Assembly: GCF_009914755.1 (NCBI RefSeq)
Contig: NC_060930.1
DNA: 64,000 nucleotides
Direction: 5' to 3' (one strand)
Origin: the human T2T-CHM13v2.0 reference genome, Homo sapiens
Of this stretch, positions 59,411 through 64,000 are shown one piece after another; position 1 is the first letter of the stretch, and every line of letters starts with the position of its first letter. The notes beneath the pieces are model-generated. The model worked only from the letters and a program-made list of their open reading frames with translations. It was not told the origin of the DNA and did no database searches. A program made the position numbers and the translations under genes.

Positions 59411-59989
59411 CCAAGTAACATCATCTCTGTTTCTACACATGAGGAATGACCAAAGCCCACAACTCTGCTTAATATCACACAGCTGATAAGTTGTGAAGCT
59501 TGGATTTAAACCCAAGTTGCTCTGAGTTCTAAAAAAATGTATTTGGGGGTAGAATTAACTTTTGTTGAATGTTATTTTTTATTAGGAAGTTTTAATAGGT
59601 CACTTGTTTTCAGTCCGGCTAAGATGAGGTTATCAGTGTTAAGGTACGACACAGGAAGACAGTCAATGAAAATTAAAGAATCAAGAGAAGATAATCTAGC
59701 TTTCTTAGAAGAGTACTGTTTTTTATACTTCATCCCTCTAGTCTTTTGCTTAGTATATTCAATCTGAAGCTGAAGAAGGATGTACAGCCTCAGCCGTCAA
59801 TTGTTGCAATATAACAAAGAAGTCTACTGTGAAACAATCATTCTGATAGCTGATTTCTTGAAATGTCATTTTTGGGACAAATGTAAACATCTACAATGAA
59901 CTATTTGTTATTTTTAGGAAAAAGTTAAAAATATTGAATTATAATTGTTTGCTTTATTATTCTTAAATAATAATGCCTCTCATATTTAT

Positions 59990-62000
59990 TTCATGACATA
60001 TGAGTATGTTTAGTTTCATAAGAAACTGCTAGACTGTCTTCCAAAGTGGCTGTACCATTTTGCATTCCCACTAACAATGAATGCTTTACATCCTCACCAG
60101 CGTTTATTATTGTCAGTGTTTTAGATTTTGGCCATTCCAGTAGGTGTGTATCAATATCTTGTTTCAATCTGCATTTCCCCGATGCATTCACCATCTATTT
60201 CCTTTTTTGAGATACCTGTTAAGGTCTTTGGCTCATTTTAAATCAAGTTGTTTATTTTCTTATTGTTGAGCTTTAAGTATTTTTATGTATTTGGATAACA
60301 GTTCCTTATCAGATATGCGTTTTGAAAATATTTTCTCCCATTCTGTAGCTTGTCTTTTCATTCACTTGACAGTGGCATTTGCAGAGCAGAAATTAGTTTG
60401 AATGAAGTATAGCTTATCAATTCTGTTTTGGATTGTGCCTCGGGTAGTGTAGTCAAAAAGTCATTGCCAAACCCAAGGCGATCTAGATTTTCTTCTATGT
60501 TATTTTCAAGGAGTGTTATAATTCTGCATTTTAAATTTAAGCCTGTGATTCATTTTGAGTTAATTTTTGTGAAGGGTATAGATCCAGTGATTTGTGTGTG
60601 GATGTCCATTTGTTCCAGAACCATTCTTTGAGAAGACAATCTTTGCTTCATTTTATTGCCTTTGCTGTTTTATCAAAGATTAGTTGGCTATATTTATGTG
60701 GGTCTATTTATGGGTTTTCTATTCCTTCCATTGATCTAGTTGTCCTTTCCTTTACAAATACCACACTGTCTTGATTACTATAGCTTTATAGTAAGTCTTG
60801 AAGTTAGATACTATCAGTCTTCTGACTTTGTTCTTCTCCTTCAATATTGTTTTGGCTACCTTGGTTTTTCTTTTCTTTTTTTTTTTTTTTGCCTCTCCAT
60901 ATAAACTTTAAAATTAGTTTGTTCATAGTCACAAAATAATGTGTTGGGATTTTACTAGGGATTACGCTGAGCCTATAGATCAGGTTGGGAAGAACTAAGG
61001 TCTTGAGAATATTGAGCCTTGCTATCCACAAACATGGACTATCTCTTCATTTATTTAGTTATTCTTTGATTTTTTTTCTTCAGTGTTTTGTAGTTTTTCT
61101 CATGTAGATATTGTATGTATTTTGCTAGATTTATACCTAAGTATTTCATTTTTGGGGGGTGCTAAAGTAAATGGTATTACATTTTTAATTTTAAATTCTA
61201 CTTGTTCATTGCTGGTATATAGAAAAGCAATAGAATTGTATATATTAGTCTTCTCTTACAACCTTTCTATAATCTCTTATTAGTTCCAGAAGGGTTTTTT
61301 TGTCAATCGTTTCAGATTTTTTTTTTTTTTTTTTTGAGATGGAGTCTCACTCTGTCGCCCAGGCTGGAGTGCAGTGGTGCAATCTTGGCTCACTGCAAGC
61401 TCTGCCTCCCGGGTTCACACCATTCTCCTGCCTCAGCCTCCTGAGTAGCTGGGACTACAGGCACCCACCACCACACCCAGCTAATTTTTTTGTATTTTTA
61501 GTAGAGATGAGGTTTCACCATGTTAGCCAGGATAGTCTTGATCTCCTGACCTTGTGATCCACCCGCCTCAGCCTCCCAAAGTGCTGGGATTACAGGCTTG
61601 AGCCACTGCGCCTGGCCTCAGATTTTCTACATACATGATCATGTCATCTGTGAACAAAGACAGTTTCATTTCTTTTTTCCCAGTCTGTATACCTTTTATT
61701 TCCTTTTGTTGTGTAGCATTAGCTAGGACTTCAAGAACAATGTTGAAAAGGACTGGTAAGAGGGAGTATCCTTGCTTTGTTCCTGATCTGAGAGGGAAAC
61801 TTTCAAGTTTCTCACCATTAAATATGATGTTAGCTGTAGGGTTTTTGTAGATATCCTTTATCAGGTTGAGGAAGTTCCTCTTTATTTGTAATTTACTAAG
61901 AGTGTTTATTAAGAATGGGTGTTGGATTTTGTAAAATGCTTTCTTTTTGCACCTACTGATATGTTCATGTGATTTTTCTTCTTAGGCTCTTCATTCGATG
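59990..62000 (-). mobile_element. Old L1M (L1MC/MD-type) ORF2 3' part, antisense
   Basis: Antisense ORF2 relics (LNILKTLVLPNLIYRLSVIPSKIP; atgatcatgtcatctgtgaac). Confidence 0.85.
61317..61617 (-). mobile_element. AluY
   Basis: gcaagctctgcctcccgggttcacaccattct and ttagccaggat; TSD tcagatttt. Confidence 0.93.
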
Positions 62001-62001
62001 T

Positions 62002-64000
62002 ACAAAAACCACAAGATTATCTAAATAGATGCAGAAAAGGCCTTCGATAAAAATCCTCATTCCTTCATGTTAAAAACTCTCAATAAACTAGGTATTGAAG
62101 GAACATACCTCAAAATAATAAGAGCCATTTATGACAAACTCACAGCCAGTGTCCTTACTGAATGGGCAAAAGCTGAAAGCATTCCCCTTGAAAACCAGCA
62201 CAAGACAAGTTTGCCCTCTCTCCCAACCCCTATTCAATATAGTATTGGAAGTTATGGCCACGGCAATCGGGCAAGAGAAAAAAATGAAGAGTATTTAAAT
62301 GGGAAAAGAGGAAGTCAAACTATCTTTTTTTGCAGGTGACATAATCCTATATCTAGAAAACCCATTGTCTCAACCCAAAAGCTTCTTAAGCTGATAAGCA
62401 ACTTCAGCAAAGTCTCAGGATAAAAAATCAAAGTGCAAAAATTGCTATACACCAACAACAGGCAAGCCAAGAGCCAAATCATGAATGAGCTTTGATTCAC
62501 AATTGCTACAAAAAGAACAAAATACCTAGGAATACAGCTAACAAGGGAAGTGAAGGACCTCTTCAAGGAGAACTACAAAGCACTGCTCAAAGAAATCAGA
62601 GATGATGCAAACAAATGGAAAAACGTTCCATGCTCATGGATAGGAAGAATCAATATTATGTAAATGGTCATACTGCCCAAAGCAACTTATAAATTCAATG
62701 TTATTCCCATTAAATTACCACTGACATTCTTCACATAATTAGAAAAAACTATTTTGAAATTTATATGGAACCAAAAAAGAGCCTGAATACTGAAAGCAAT
62801 CCTTAGCAAAAAGAACAAAGGTGGAGGCATCAGGCTAGCTGACTTCAAACTATACGATAGGGCTACAGTAACCAAAATAGCACGGTACTGGTACAAAAAC
62901 AGAGACATAGACCAATGGAAAAGAATAGAGAATACAGAAATAAGACTGCACACCTACAACTGTCTCATCTTTGACAAACCTGACAAAAACAAGCAATGGA
63001 GAAAGGATTCCCTATTTAATAAATGGTGCTGGGAGAACTAGCTAGCCATATGCAGGATATTGAAACTGGCACCTTCCTTACGCCTTACACAAAAATCAAC
63101 TCAAGATGGATTAAAGACTTACATGTAAAACCCCAAACTATAAAAACGCTAGAAGAAAACCTGGGCAATACCATTTAGGATATAGGCATTGGCAAAGATT
63201 TCATGATGAAAACACTAAAAGCAATTGCAACAAAAGCAAAAATTAGCAAATGGGTCTAATTAAACTAAAGAGCTTCTGCACAGCAAAAGGAACTATTAAC
63301 AGAGTAAACAGACAACCTACAGAACGGGCGAAAATTGTTGCAATCTATGTATCTGACAAAGCCCTAATATCCAGAATCTATAAGGAACTTAAACAAATTT
63401 ACAAAAAAAAGCAACCCCATTAAAAAGTGGGCAAAGGACATGAACAGACACTTCTCAAAAGAAGACATACATGTGGCTAACAAACATGAAAAAAGCCTTC
63501 ACATCACTAATTATTAGATAAATGCAAATCAAAACCAAATGAGATACCATCTTACATCATTCAGGATGGTGATTATTAAAAAGTCAAAAAATGACAGATG
63601 CTGATGAGGATGTGAAGAAAAAGGAACACTTTAATACTGTTGGTGGGAGTGTAAATTAGTTCAACCATTGTGGAAAACAGTCTGGTGATTCTTCAAAGAC
63701 AAAGAGGCAGAAATACCATTCTACCCAGCAATCTCATTACTGGTTATATACTCAAAGGAATATAAATCATTTTCTTATAAAGACACATGCACATATATGT
63801 TTATTGCAGCACTATTCACAATAGCAGACATAGAATCAACCTAAATGCCTATCAGTGATAGATTGGATAAAGAAAATGTACATATACAACATGGAATACT
63901 ATGCAGGCATAAAAAGGAATCAGGTCATGTGCTTCGCAGGGACATGGATGGAGCTGGAGGCCATCATCCTTAGCAAACTTACACAGGAACAGAAAACCAA
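62002..64000 (+). mobile_element. L1PA10-13-like element, 5'-truncated in the RT domain, continuing past the window end
   Basis: [24 protein letters not shown] with multiple frameshifts; gggacatggatggagctggaggccatcatccttagcaaact. Confidence 0.9.

Overview
Primate genomic DNA, human or great ape (it carries AluY, AluYd-type and L1PA2-type insertions). The left ~6 kb holds the 5' end of a minus-strand gene: a CpG-island promoter, a non-coding first exon with a perfect CCG|GTGAGT donor at 5654, and a probable 109-nt second exon at 4-112. I cannot name the gene. The remaining ~58 kb is upstream/intergenic sequence dominated by transposable elements: L1 copies of several ages, about 11 Alus, many MaLR/ERVL/ERV1 solo LTRs, MIR, MER3 and microsatellites. 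No host protein-coding sequence is supportable; the two longest ORFs (597 aa, 515 aa) are the two halves of one 5'-inverted (twin-primed) L1PA2 with a 19-bp target-site duplication (TSD). I see no evidence of a new multi-gene biological system. The most unusual signals are DNA-repair or retrotransposition scars: a 48/48-bp templated copy fused to an orphan L1 tail, two L1s of different age joined head-to-head at the same ORF2 position, a nested-hairpin insertion, an intra-L1 template-switch insert and an AluYd-type element with an extra deletion. Repeat subfamily names come from recalled consensus features, not a database search.
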